64,000 bases of DNA, taken from Callorhinchus milii. Lineage: Eukaryota. The notes under the pieces are model-generated. The model was not told where the DNA came from, did no database searches, and was given only the letters and a program-made list of their open reading frames with translations. The stretch lies in contig NW_024704742.1 in NCBI RefSeq assembly GCF_018977255.1, positions 125,800,001 through 125,864,000 of the forward strand, in the 5' to 3' direction. Both the position numbers and the translations under genes were made by a program. How positions within the stretch are numbered: position 1 is the first letter of the stretch; every line of letters begins with the position of its first letter. Of this stretch, positions 37,709 through 52,177 are shown piece after piece.

Positions 37709-40700
37709 AATATGTCCACTTGAAGCAACTAATCTGAATGCGAATATAAAGTAATATCAACGAAAACCCTTTGGGGCTAAAATTCTGTGCTCTAGTTGAG
37801 AATTTAGATTGGTCACAGCAGTATTCCACAACCAGTTGTGGATTGAGTGACCACATTTTTTTTAGGGATTTTTACACCTCAAAAAGTAATCTGCCAATTG
37901 ACTAACAACTGGGTTCCTACTTATTGCTAGATAAAGGCGTGTGGAGTAAGGAAATTTGCCTAAGGTTTTGCCCTACATCAGTTTGCTGTGTGTTTCCTCT
38001 TTCTACCTGCTTGTGTGCTCACTAGTCTGACTGGGAGCATCCCATACGTATTATAATAATAATAATCCACATCTGATATAGCACCTTATTACGTCTTCGA
38101 GACGTCTCAAGGCGCTTCAGAGTATATAGTGTAAAGTGGGTCTCCTGAAGGTGCATCTCCCCAGGCTGGAAGGAGTGGAACCAGTAGAAGTAGCAGATGC
38201 ACCACAGAACACTTTACTGTAAAATCTCTTTTAAAGGAGTCAGTTTGAATTCCACCACAAATAGCAACAGACACTGGATCAGGAGGATTAAGTAAAACGA
38301 AATTTCATGAAAAGAAAGAACATACAAAGAGGTGGAAGGTGTGATTAATAAAAGAAAGGGCAACTTTGAAAAATCGGTGGCACTTCTTATTTTTTGTCTG
38401 ACACAAGTAGAAACCCATCACCATGCTTAAGTGTATTCAAACCAGACTGAGAGTTCCCCATATGTGTGCCACCAAACAGAAATTTCCCTGTGTCTGGAAT
38501 GGAATTTGCACTCTCTCCATCAGGGGGCACACCCTTGCATACATAATTCTGAAGAGTACTAGGCGCAGGTTGACGAGAACATTGTCTGGTAAGCTTCCTG
38601 CTGCTTGTCCAGTTGGGACCTCCCTAACTATTAGTAATTTGGTTTGCAAAGTAAGCAGTAGCTAAGTATAAATAAACCATTCTCTCAATGACTGGTCTGC
38701 ATCTCCAAGTCCTATGGTGAACCAGGCTGGCTGATCGGTCATCAGCAGACCCATGGAGCACTGCGGATCTTCTTGGCTCAGCATTGGTACTACCAAGACT
38801 TCCAGAGAGGGTTGACACGATTCCCGCATTCTGTTCCCAAGCAACTTGGCGCAACTCAACTCTAAGGAAGCCCTGCTTACGTAGAATGGTCACTAGTTAT
38901 TCAGTGGTGACACAAACATAATGGGTCGAATGTATTCTTCTGCGATAACAAGTTCTATCAGTTATTTGATATATCCAAAAATACTAATACGAAAATATGA
39001 GGAACATATGCAGGATATTTTGTCGTCCAATGTGAATGTATATGGTTACACTACATCACTAGAGATTGTTTGTTAATTAATTTTGTATCTGCATCTTTTA
39101 ATTATACATGACGGTATAGAATTATACAGAGTATTACAGAACAGGCCATTTGGCTGAACTAGTCGGCCTGGTGTTTATACTCCATGGCGCAGTAATGAAG
39201 AGTGCATCTAAGTGAGTTATCAAAAGAAAATATTATCTACAATGGTAAGTTTTGCAAATTCTTGGAAATAAATTAACATAGGGATAATGACCAAAGGAAG
39301 GACTTGGTTAGAATGCCTTGCCAATTAAGAACTGTTGTTTCGTGCCCTCCGTTCCACCATTGGTGGCTGCGCTTTCAGCCACTATGCCACGAAACTCTGG
39401 AACACTCTTCCTCTATTCTTCCACCTTGCCCCTTCCTTTGCGCCGGAAGACCTTCCTATTCAACAGTCACCTTCCCCAACCCCTCCCCCCGGTTCCATGC
39501 TCCGCCACTGTTGAGTGCTCTGGGACGCTACCCTGCGGGAGGGGCGCTATATAAATACAAGTTGTTGCTGTTGTATTGAATCAGCAAAAGATGTAAGAAT
39601 GTATGCAAATGTACTGTTGCAAAAACAAACCAGGTTCGAATACTGTAGGCTACTCCTCTATTCGCTTCCTCTGCTCAGCTAATTTGGGCTCCCTGAGCGC
39701 CACCGCCTGCCCCCCACTCTCAGCACCACCATCGGCATCGTTCTTCTAACCCCTTCTCTTTCTGTCTTCAAGTCTCTCTTGATATCCTCCTCGCTCCCTA
39801 CCCCCACCAGCCCCCCATTCCCCTCCCGCTCTTGCTTGTGTCTTTGCAAAGCATTCCGAGATGCTATCCTACGTGAAGGGTGCTATATAAATGCAAGCTG
39901 TTGACGTTGCTGTTATTTAAAAGGATGCAGATTGTGTGACCACATCGACTGATCAATTGAGAATGCTTTTATGGTATGTACTGAGCCAAGACACTGATAA
40001 TGTAATGCTCACATTTGACATTTGTACCTTTCACACCAGGAGGATGTCTCAAATTTTTTACATGATTCATACTGTGTAGTTTGTAGGTGAATGCCTGCCT
40101 TCGAGTAACAGCTGTAGTGCCAGTTTGTTAAAATATCTTAAAATGTGAATATAAAATCATTCATGTCAGTCAGGTTATAAGGGCAGCAGGAAAAGAGGGC
40201 ACAGTTTCCAGGTTGTGAAGGACAATTCTCAGGACGGATGTCAGGAAGCATTTATTTACACAGAGGGCAATCAACTGCTGGCATGGGATACCACAGATCT
40301 TGTGACACTAAAAGAAATTGATTAATTTTCTGTTCAGTGCCTAATAAATTAGTTGGCTTATAGCTACAAATATGATCTCTGTTGCTCGCCTACCTGCCGG
40401 CTCACCTGTTCAGCTCTAGCTGTTATTGTTGAAGAGCTCCGGGATGTACCCAATGTGAAGGGCGATATTTAAATGCAAGTTGTTGTTGTTGTTACTGTAG
40501 ATTTGTGCCTCAGTCAAGGGCACTTTCCTGCCCATAATGGAAACAAGTTTACCGTGTAATGTGATGTATGTTAATTTTCACTATCAAAAATAAATAAATA
40601 ATAATAATAATAATTTGGTCACTCAATCCACGGCTGATCGCTGTGTGCAATTGGCTGCTGCATTTCACCCACAAAATATACAGTCAATTAATTTTACAGT

Positions 40701-43249
40701 ATATTCTGTGAAGTGCTTTGAGACATCTCAACTATGTGATAAGGTGCTATATCAAATGCAAGGATTATTGTTATTATTATTATTGTTATTATTATCAATG
40801 GTCTGACTAAAACATTTGCACCAGAAGAGGGCACTAATTGAACACACATTGAAAGCCTTGCATGAATTACAGCACAAGCCTCTGCAAACTATATGAATCA
40901 GCCCACGACAGTTAACCTTCCACCTGATTCCAGCTAGCTGGCAGTAACAATTGACCTCAATTTCTATTTCATTATCAACTTTGGCATGACTTCTCCACAC
41001 TTGCTGTGGCCATCAGTGACAGTTATTAATTGGCTGATATTCCTGGTGGATCAGACACATCCAACAGCTATATTACTTATTAGCATTTCTGTATCAGAAG
41101 CAGTTTATGTGGTTATTAAAATACTGATCATTATCATTATAGGCAAGAAGACTCTATAAGTGCGGTGCTGATCCATTAACAATAATGGAGAGATCACTGA
41201 CAATATCTGATTAGAAATAGTACTAAAAAAATTCACAGTAAATATCTCTGAATTAGATTAGAACACGTGCTCAAAATTCATTCATGAACTATGCAACACA
41301 GACACCCATTAACCCTGTGGGAAGTGCTGTCTGTTTACAATATTGTATTTCAACATTTCTGTTGAATTCCTAGTCTTCATTCAGGAGCTTCAGTGTAACA
41401 TTCTGCTTTGTAACAATTTATTTGTAATTGTCTGTAAAAAAAAACCTGTACACTGAGAGTTTCTGAATTCTAATCTGTATCTTAATGTCAATGAAGTGCA
41501 AAAATGTTATTGTCTAATATATATGCCACTGCTAACATGACAGTGTACCAATACTCATGTATTTCTATCTCATGAGTAAGGAAAATAAACATTTGGTTCC
41601 AATGCCCAGTGGCTATTGAATTTTCATTCTCCAGGAGCAGCAATGCACATTCTTATTTTGTCAAGGGATGTGCCTTGTTGATTAGGTTGAGTCTATCTAT
41701 CTTTATGTTGAATTTCCTGTTATTTGTCCCTAAAGGTAAAGGCTGAAAATAATTTGGATGTTGATAAGCATAGCTTGGATGAAGTAACTTCACCTTCAAA
41801 TATACAGTCACAGTCACTTATTATTAATAATTCAGATGAATCACATGGGATTTGAGTGGCGGCTTGTTCAATATTCCCATATTGTATTTGTATTTTCCAA
41901 ATTAAAGCTGCAGGATCCTTGCTGGTTCACTTACTGCATTGTGAATTTACCCAGATACCTTCAGGAAATGACAGATCTGTCACCAGGTGGGAGATGGCCC
42001 ATTTGTGTGATCATAATGACACAAATGTCTATCATGTAAGAGGCACTTTGTGACACACAGGCACATGACAGGAGCTGCAGCCTCAGTAGCAATAACACCT
42101 TATGAAAGTGCCTTCAATATATTGCAGGTTGACAGTCATTTTCTGTTCCAATTATGTATAGCCCTCTGCACATCTTTTAACAAAAGGCAATTGCCTCTCA
42201 ATGATAATGTATGTTACTTTACCGAGGCAATTACTATCAATAAATATAATAAATGCACATGAGTTTTGCTAATTTTTTTTAAAATGGCCCTTTAAGGGAG
42301 ACGGTGACATTTTGAAATGAAAGCACGACAAAACTATCAAAAATACAGCTGCTCTAGAAGGTCTATGGTTCTGCTGTAGGCAAATGCAACAGACCATTTG
42401 CATACAGCAATATCTCAAAAACAGCCCGGAAGCCAATGACCAATTTTATTTATAATATACAATATAGAGAAATATATATTTATTTCTCTAAATCATATCA
42501 TATAAAGTTACATATTTGCACCACATATCTTTTATAATAAATTTTCAGCAAATCATTATTCTTTAGATTTCCCAAAACAAGCATGTGCCTATGTTACTAA
42601 GCCACATGAGCTGTTCACTTATTGAGAGTCAAGGGACGGTCACTGAATTTTCGGAACTCTAAGCGCTGAATCCGAAACAGGATTTAGCATTGGCTAGAAA
42701 TTTCCTGTCGTTGAGGATCAGTCAGTGATTTCTGAGGATCAGACGTCCTTCAGAGCTGCAGCAACCTCAGCACATGCTTGAGCTTGATACTACAATGCCA
42801 GGTGACAGCGATGCTGCTGAATGTGCAACTCCTATTGGCGGCCAGAGTTACATGGTAAACAAAAATGCCACTTGCCTTCGCTTTATTAAAAATTATTTTG
42901 GATGTTAGTTTTTCAACTATTCAAAGTAAAATACACAGTCAATCCACTTTACAATATATTCTGTGAAGCGAATGACATTTTTTTATAATGGAATCCTATT
43001 ATAAATCTTTGGAGTCTTAAAGGATCTTTTTGCAATCTTCATTATATACCGTACTCTCCAGTTTTGTATTGTCTCTAAATTTCAACTACATAGTTCCTAC
43101 ATCTGAGTCCCAAACATTTATATACATGGCAAACAGTAATGGCCTATTATGGTTCCTTGTAGAATACCACTTCCTTCTTCTTGCCAGTCTGAGAAGTTGC
43201 CCTTTACTCCTACTCTTCGTTTTCTGTTTAACAGTCATCTATCAAACCA

Positions 43250-43666
43250 CTCAGCATTGCCTCCCCTGATTTCACATGACCTAATTTTAGCTATAATCTT
43301 CTTCTGTGGCCCTTTATTCAAGACCTTCTGAAAGTCCATATACATCACATCCACTGCATTTCCTTTTATCTACTTCATCTTCAAAACATTTTGATAAGGT
43401 TGGTCAATCATGACCTTCCTTTTATAAATCTACACTGGTTGCTTTTAATGATACTTTCCTTCACCAGACATTTAGCTTCTTACAATTTATTATAAACTCC
43501 AAAACCTTACCTGTCACAGACATTAGGCTAACTGACCTGTAGTTTCGTGGACTAGCTATACCTCCATTTTTTTAAAAAATGCCTAATATATTTGCCATCC
43601 TCCAGTTCTCTGTTTTTTTCTTTCTCTGCTGAGTTCTCAAATATACCCATTAGTGCCTCACCTATC
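43250..43666 (-). mobile_element. Old CR1 ORF2 fragment (continues at 46356-46640)
   Basis: PGPNGQHPRMLEETWKEIG joins EALMGIFENS across the insertion. Confidence 0.7.
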
Positions 43667-46355
43667 ATAGAATCATAGAATTTCCCAGCACAGAAGGAGG
43701 CCATTCAACCCATTGTGTCTGTGCCAGCTCTTTGAAAAGAGCTGTCCAATTCAATCCCACTCCCCTGCTCTCTCCCCAAAGGCCTGGAAACTTGTCCTCC
43801 CCAAATAATTATCTACTTCCCTCTTAAAAGCTGTTATCAAATTGGCTTCCACCACTCTTTCAGGCAATGAATTCCAGATCTGAACAACTCGCTGTGTAAA
43901 AGAATTTGTCCTCAGCTTCCTTCTGTTTCTTTTAACAACTATTTTACATTGGTGTCCTCGGGTTACCGACCCACTCGCCAGTGGAAATAGTTTCTCCTTG
44001 TTCACCCTATCAAATCCCCTCATAATTTTGAAAACTTCTATCAAGTCTCCTCTTAACCTTCTCTGCTCTGAAAAGAATAATCCCAGCTTCTCCAGCCTCT
44101 CCTGACAACTGAAGTCCCTCATTCCTGGTACCATCCTGGTAAATCTTCTTTGCACCCTCTCCAATGCCATGACATCCTTCCTAAAGTCTGGTGCCCAGAA
44201 CTGAACCCAGTCTCTCGCTGAGGCCTAACCAGTGTTTTATAAAGATTCATCATAACTTCCTGACTTGTATATTCTCTGCCCCTATTTATAAAGCCTAGTA
44301 TCCCATATGCTTTATCTACCTGCACTGCCACCTTCAAATACTTACTTATATGAACCCCCAGATCTCTCTGTTCCTTCACCTTTTTAAGATTGTACCATCA
44401 GCTTATATTCCTTCTCCTCATTCTTCCTCCCAAAATGCATCACTTTGCATTTCTCCACATTAAACGTCATCTGCTTCGTATCTGCCCATTTTATCAGTCT
44501 GTCTATGCCCAGTTGCAGTCTGCTACTATCCTCCTCACTGTTTACTAGTTTTCCTAGCTTAGTACCATCTGCAAACTTGGAAATCGTACTCCCTATACCC
44601 AAGTCCAGGTCATTTATATAGATCAAACAGTAGTGGTCCCAATATTGACCCCTGAGGGACACCACCGCACACATCCCTCTCGTCAGAAAAATAACTGTTC
44701 ACCACCACTCTCTGTTTTCTGTCTTCCAGCCAGTTCTGTATCCATGTTGCCACTGTCCCTTTAATACCATGGGCTTCTAATACCATAGCTTGTAGTTCTC
44801 AGGTTCATCCATCTGCCCTTTTTTGTACAGAGGAGTAACATTTGCAACCGTCCAGTCTTATGGCACCACCCCGGTGTCCAAGGAGAATTGAAAGATTGTG
44901 GCCAGAGCCTCCATTATTTCCACCCTTACTTCCCTTAGTAACCTAGGATGCATCCCATCTGGACTAGGTGACTTATCTACCTTGAGCATTGACAACCTTT
45001 TTAGTACCTCCTCTCGGTTTATTCTTATCTTATCCAATTTCTCTACCCTCTCCTCCGATACTATGGCATTGGCTGCACCCTCTTCTTTTGTGAAGACAGA
45101 TGTAAAGTGCTCATTCAGTACGTCAGTCATCCTCTCTGCCTCCACAAGACAATTTCCTCTTTGGTCCCTAATTGGACCCACCCTACCTTTGACTAACCTT
45201 TTATTCTTCATATGCTTACAGAATATCTTAGGGTTCCCTTTTATGTTACCCACTAACCTTTTCTTATACAATCTCTTTGCCCCTCTTATTTCCTTTTTCA
45301 GTTTCCCCTCTGTACTTTCTATATTCTATTTGATTATTTTGTGCATTTTGGACATGACATTTATCATAAGCTTCCTTTTTCTGTTTTATTTTAATCCCAA
45401 TTTCTTTATTCATCCAGAAAGATTTGGATGCCCTACCTTTCCCTTTTGTGGGAATGTATTTGTTCTGTCCCCGAACTATCTCCTCCTTGAAGGCTTCCTA
45501 TTGCTCATTAGCTGTTTTACCTGCCAATCTTTCTTTCCAGTCCACCTTGGCTAGGTCCCTTTTTTAACTCACTGAAATTAGTCCTCTGCCAGTTGAATAT
45601 CTTCACCTTTGATTTCTCCCTGTCCCTTTCCATAAGTACTTTAAACCTAATGATGTTGTGATCACTGTTGTCCAGATGTTCTCCTACTGAAACCTGCTCC
45701 ATTTGGCCCACTTCATTCCTCAGAACTAGATCCAGCACTGCTTCCTTCCTCATTGGGCTGGAAACATACTGATCCAGAAAGTTATCCTGCACACATTTTA
45801 GGAATCCATCCCCCTCCTTGCTCTTTACACTGTTATTTTGCCAGTCTATCAAACGCAGTCCTTCCCACTGTGGTCTATGCGTACACCTGACATAGTAAAC
45901 AGCTCCTTTTCTGCTCCTTAACTCTAACCAAATAGATTCCTCTAGGACATCGTCCCTTTCCAGGGCCGTAACCATGTCTTTAATCAATATTGCCACACCC
46001 CCTACTTTTTTTTCTCCCCTCTCCCTCCTGAATACATTGTAGCCGGGAATACTCAGCTCCCATTCCTGCCCTTGTTTGAGTCAGGTCTCTGTTATTGCCA
46101 TTACATCATAACCTCATTTGGCAACTTGAGCCTGCAGCTCACCAATTTGTCACACTCCGTGCATTTACGCACTTGCTCTCTAAGACCGATTTAGTCTGTT
46201 CTGCATTTCTTCCCCGTCTAATCCCTCCTTTTCCTGTATTACTCCTTATTACATTACTATTCATTTCTCCCAGCCCTCTGTGTAATTTGTTTTCCTCTCT
46301 GATGCTACATCCTGATTCCCTTCCCACCTCAATATTAGTTTAAACCCTTCCCCAC
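43667..46355 (-). mobile_element. CR1 LINE from ORF1 end through ORF2 to 3' tail, internally deleted and degraded
   Basis: NARSVTN, SDHNII, KSPSPDGMHP, FADGTK, WNSLP; (TTCTATGA)n tail; CCTATC TSD. Confidence 0.93.
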
Positions 46356-49048
46356 CCTATCTCCTTCCAAGTTTCTTCAAGCATCCTTGGGTGCTGTCCA
46401 TTTGGACCTGGTAGTTTCTCCTCTTTATGTTTGTCTAATTTATCCAGTATCTCCTTCCTCACTACCTGCATTATTGTAATTTTATTCCTTACAACATTTG
46501 TGATCACATATTTTCTTTGCCAGTCACCTTTCGAAAATTGAGGCAAAGTACTCATTTAATATTGCAGCTCTTTCTTTATCTCGTGTGGTGTTTTCCCCTT
46601 ATTATGGAGCTGTACCATCCTTAATAACTCTTCTATAACAAATGTGCCTTTCGAGATATATATTCTGATCATTGAATGATGTTATGATTTACAGACAAGT
46701 AGATATGAGAGTGAGAATGAATTAAAGAAGTTAATTCCACTTCTTCTACTGACCTTTAACTCACATGGAGACAAATCTATAAATAACAAGATTTATATTA
46801 CATAATCTTCTTGAACTTGGTATATATTTACAGGTATTTGGGTAAAACCAGGTTGAGCATATTGCTTTCATCAATTTAAAACAAAATAGTTTGGGCAGTC
46901 ATGCATATTAGGGTGGAAACCAACAGGTTTAAGTAAACTGATGTAAGTTAACACAGATTGCATTTTTACTAACTGTCCGTGTATCTATCCATTTGTCTGT
47001 CTCTTTCTCTATGTACCCGCATATGTGTTAAGTTCAGTGTTGTTTATTTTGTTTTGATATTTGACATTTTGAATGTCTAATTTGAACTTTTATCCCCTGC
47101 AGCAATATTCATATTAGCAGGCTGGGTAGTATTTTTCTGGAAATGCTTCCTACCATGTAACATGCCTACTGTGAGGCATGAAAGATTTCCTTCATTAACA
47201 AAATTTTTCCAGTGATGGTCTGGGTTTGTTGAAGTGTGTTTGATTTTCTTTGCGAATTTATTGCTAATTTTTTGACAGGCTCTGTTTTTGCCTTCAATGT
47301 TACAAGGAATTGCCTTGAATGTTCCTGTATTATGTTGTATTCAGTCTTGTGTTTGTTCAAAAAAACTATTTCCCAAGAAAGAGTAATGGTCTTCCAACAG
47401 AATAGGTTGCAACTCCAGTTACCTATCCTACCGATCTTCTGAATTATTCTGTTGAAATTACATCTTCATCTTCACATCTTCATCTGAGGCCTCAGTTCCT
47501 GCAGCACTGGCAGCTGCCGATTTGCCTCCAAACTACACAGTAACTGCATGGAAATCTTGTGAAGTGCTTTGCGACATTAAGTGCAAGAAAAATTATTTCT
47601 CTTCCTCTCCCCCCCTTTCACTGACTCAACAATGTGTCTCACAAATACATTCTTGCACCAATACAGTCTTGCTTTCACTAATCTGGTGCAAATGGTTATA
47701 GAAGGAAATCTTATAATGAGACAGAACAATAAAACATTTTCCTAATCATTCAGTAAAGATGAATTCCTGAGAAGATATTGGAAAACGGGTTGGATCCTCA
47801 TAGTGCAAGCAAAAGCTGGCATTAATATCAGAAAAGCACAGACAAGGCTCCCAACATTTGCTGCGTGTATAATTTACCCTTAAGTAACACTCGCAAAGTA
47901 GGATTGTCTCAAATACACATTATGCTGCAATTTACACACTGCCGTCTGCGCTCTCATTATGATTCACTTCATATCACGATACAAAGGATTTTCAAGCATA
48001 GACGAAAAGTCTCCACACAAAAATGTTTACCAGAGAACACATTAAGCAACTGTAAATGCAACTTTCTCCTGACATATAAGCATGATGACTACAGCTTTGC
48101 TTAACGTTCATTTGTTCAGAATACAGTGGCTGTGATTTGCAAGTGAGTTGTAGCACTGCCAGTTTGTCTCAAAACCAACACATTCTGGTGCCTGTTCATC
48201 CAAGCCTATTTAATGAGCACTGTAATAGCTTAATACATTTTGTAACCTGTATTTTTCTTTTACCTTTATTTCAGGCCTATGCATTATAGCTAAATGGGGC
48301 CTAATTTACAATATTTTTGTAATGAAATTCTCTAATAAGGAATTCCTTAATAGGGATTCCTGGTCGAATTCCTGACAACCCACAGGAACGCCTCTGAGGA
48401 AGTAGGTTGCATGAGGCTGGAATTCACGCAGGTTGCTTGTGACGTGCTTCTGGTTACCAGAAGAAAGCCCCATTCATGCAGTTCAGATTCCTTATCAAGA
48501 AATTGCAGGAAGCAAAACCGCAATTTAGACTTTGTAACAATTTTTACGTGCTGACAAACCAGTGTTTCGCCCACAAAATATACAATCAATTGACTTTACA
48601 GTGAAGCGCTTTGAGACTTCTCGAAGACATGATAAGGCACTATATCAAATGCAAGGATTATTATTATTATCATGTGCGCATCCTTTACTGAAAATCTAAT
48701 GGGATGCGACTGAATAGCACATGACACATGACTCAATCCACTTTAACTCCTTGCCTGTGCTCGTCCCCTTGTACAGTCTATTGGAGTGAGGCACTGGAAT
48801 GAAGCCACCAGTTTTGCTGCTGTTTGTCCTACAGCAATCTGTAAATCAGGGCATTTTCCCCTCCAGCATCTCAGCTGTCAATGTCTAAACAGGTAAATCA
48901 TGAAATAATTAAAAAAAGAATAAATTAATTAAAAGTAAAGACTTTAAGTGTCCATCAGATTTTATTTGTTGCTTATATAATTTAAGCGATATCCTCATTT
49001 TTTCTACTTGTGAAGAGGTGGATAAATGGCCTCTGGAAAAGTGTGTTC

Positions 49049-49629
49049 CCATGAGACCACAATGTGAGCATTTCAAACTGCAAGGCCCTATCTCTGTGCT
49101 GCAGGCTGTGTTTCTAGTGGAGAGATGGTGGGAGTAGTCTCATTATGATGATGGATGTCATTCCTTGCCTCAAATGAGTTGATTGCTATACGAATACGAA
49201 CGGTATTGACTGCTTCACGTAACTATCAATTATCTCTTCTTCACTTCTGCAGCAACCCACAGAATACCTTTGTGCAAATGTCACTATTCGCTAGTTACTA
49301 TGCAACGTGCTGCTGGTAACCACCTTACAAAATATGTATACACAGAGACATCATTGGTTAACAGACAATTTCTCTATAATGCTTCTTGCTCCGGGTTTAT
49401 GATTTACAAGTTCTGGCAGTGATTTTGAGGGTCCAGCAGCACAGGTGCTTTAGATGCAGCTTCCTGCATTGTGCCAGAGGTTTAAAAGCTGTTCTTTCTT
49501 GTAGGCAATTCTTATTTCCACTTATCAAAAGGTAACCATGTGACCACAATGTGGGCATTTCAAACTGCATGGCAGTATCTCTGTGCTACAGGCTATCTTT
49601 CTACTGGAGCGATGGTGGGAGTAGTCTCA
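49049..49629. repeat. 94-bp dispersed direct repeat (49049-49142 and 49536-49629)
   Basis: ccatg.gaccacaatgtg.gcatttcaaactgca...gatggtgggagtagtctca occurs twice, 487 bp apart. Confidence 0.85.
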
Positions 49630-50302
49630 GTTCCCAATCTCTGCAACATTGCCCGCCTCCACTACTGTCTCTCACTGCAGGCTGCTAAGACCCTCATCAC
49701 ACATTCATCACATCCAGGCTTGACTACGCAAACTCCCTGCTTGTTGGCCTCCTCATTTCCTCCCTCTACAGGCTGTGGATCATCCAGAATGCTGCAGCCC
49801 GTGTCCTCTCCTGCACCAGGCTCCGCAACCCCTTCACCCCTATCCTCACTTGACAACACTGGCTCTGCATCACTCAGAGGATACAGTTCAAGATCCTGAT
49901 CCTCATCCTCAAGGCCCTCCACAGTCTTCCTCCTCCCTACCTCTGTGACCTCCTAACACCCTACCACCTGTCCACTCCCTCCACTCAGCTGGCTCTGGCT
50001 ATATTTCATGTTCCCCCGCCTTGTCCTCGCCACCATTGGAGGGCTGGCCTTCAGCTTCTCTGCCTCACCCTCTGAAACTCCATCCCACGGTCCCTCCACC
50101 TCGTCCCCTCCCTTGCCTCCTTCAAGACTCGTCTCAAGACCCTCTTCTTTGACTGTGCCTTCGATTATCCTCTTACCCCTACGCTCCCTGCCCTCCACCT
50201 CTCCTGATCCCAACCACCAACTCAGGTGCAGATCCCTGACTATCCAGCACCTTGGGAAATCCTGGTGATGTAAAAGGCGCTAATGTTATTTGTTGTTGTT
50301 AT
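49630..50302 (+). mobile_element. L2 3' fragment
   Basis: NIARLHYCLSLQAAKTLI, TIGGLAFS, TTG tail. Confidence 0.85.
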
Positions 50303-50375
50303 TAGGGGTAGTGTTAATAATCATTCTTGCATTTGATATAGCGGCTTTCCACATTGTCAAAATCTGTATCTTAGC

Positions 50376-50733
50376 GGAATCCTGGTTAGAGCACCTGCCT
50401 CGTAAGTGAAAGGACCTAGGTTCGATTCCTGGGCAGGCCGAAACTTTGGGCAAGTTTCCTTACTCCACACGCCTCCGATTACCTAGCAGTAAGTAGGAAC
50501 CCGGTTGTTTGTCGATTCGCGAAACGCTTTTCCTGGGGTAATAATCCCTTAAAAAAACAATAATTTGATCACTCAATCCACAACTGTTTGTGGGACACTG
50601 CTGTGCACAATTGGCTGCTGCTTTCACCCACAAAATATACCATCAATTCACTTTTCAGTATATTCTGTGAAGCGTTTGAGATGTCTCGAAGATGTGATCA
50701 GCCACTGTATCTAAATCAAGGATTATTATTATT
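50376..50733 (+). mobile_element. Full-length SINE, long subfamily
   Basis: B box ggttcgattcc, central module, Deu core, TTA tail. Confidence 0.88.
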
Positions 50734-51390
50734 AATCTGAGCCCACAATCTACTATCCGATAGTGTGAGTACAGCCGACTGAGCCAAATCAACCTCGGAA
50801 CCAACAGTTCCCATTATTCTCATTGAACCAAGAAAATGCTGCTGAGCAAACAACATGATAACTGCCAATCCTCCTCCATCAACAACCAGCAGAAACCATT
50901 ACTGTAATGGAGAAATCAATTTGTTCATCTTATACTTGTGTCAGCCTGGATCACTTGGTAGTGCTCACACCTCTGAGTCAGAAGGTTGTAGCCTCAAGCC
51001 CCACATCAGGACATTGAGCTCACAGTCCAGGCTGACACACCAATGCAGTGCTGGGGTTGTGATGCACTGTTGGAGCTGCCGTCTTTCAGATTAGTGGTTC
51101 TATCTGCCTGTTCAGGTGGGCATTCAGGTCCCTTAGCACTATTCGAGAAGAGAATCCCTCCTTAAAAATTGGTCACTTCACTTGGTTACTTCAAGACTGA
51201 GGTGGATAGATATTTGTTAGGTCAGGGTCTCCAGGGATATGGGGCAAGGGCAGGTAATTGGAGTTCAGGTACAGATCAGCTATGAACTTATAGAATGGCA
51301 GAACAGGCTCAAGTGGCTGAATGGCCTACTTTTGTTTCTATGGCTATTTGAAGGACACTGTTGCGTCCAAATTGGCTGTTGACCCACAAA

Positions 51391-52177
51391 CAACAACAAA
51401 ATTACATTTATAGAGTGCCTTTCACTGCAGGAGGACGTCCCAAGGCGCTGGACAGTTGGATCTGGTCCTGAGCAGGGGGAGGGGTGGGCTGCACTAGGGG
51501 TCGGCTAGGGGTGAGGGAAGGCAAAGAGGTGGGAGGGTGACCGAAGGCACGATCGAAGAGAAGGGTCTTGAGACCGGTCTTGAAGAAGGCAAGGGAGGAA
51601 GCGAGGCAAAGGGTCTGTAGGATGGAATTCCAGAGTGTAGGGGCAGAGAGGCTGAAACATCGGCCACCGATGGTAAGGCACTTTGGGCGGGAAACATGGA
51701 GCAGGCCAGAGCCAGCTGAACGGATGGAGCGGGCAGGTTTGTTAGGAAGTCAGCAGTTCAGAGAGGTAGGAAGGGGCAAGGCCATGGATGGCCTTGAAAG
51801 TGAGGAACAGGATCTTGAATCCGATCCTCTGAGGGATGGGGAGCCAGTTGAGTCGGGCAAGGGTGGGAATGATGGGGTCACGGAACCTGGTGCGTGAGAG
51901 TACAGAAGCTGCGGAATTTGGATGATCTGCAGCCTGTGAAGGGAAGAGTTGGGAAGGCCGATGAGGAGGGAATTTCCATAATTGAGCCTTGATGTGACGA
52001 ATGCATGGGTGAGGGTTTCGGCAGCCTGAGGGGTGAAGCAGTGGCGGAGTCTGGGAATGTTGTGAAGGTGGTGGTAAGCAGTGCCGGTCATAGTGCGGAT
52101 ATGGGGAGAAAGGACAGTTCAGGGTCAAACAAGACACCCAGGTTCCTGACTGGCTTAGTGAGGTTGAGTGTGCAACG
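51391..52177 (-). mobile_element. L2 3' fragment inserted in an old SINE
   Basis: AFVTSRLNYGNSLL, LNWLPIPQRIGFKIL. Confidence 0.88.

Noticed and set aside
44898..45554. 218-aa hydrophobic + strand ORF
   Set aside because: Antisense frame of the CR1 ORF2
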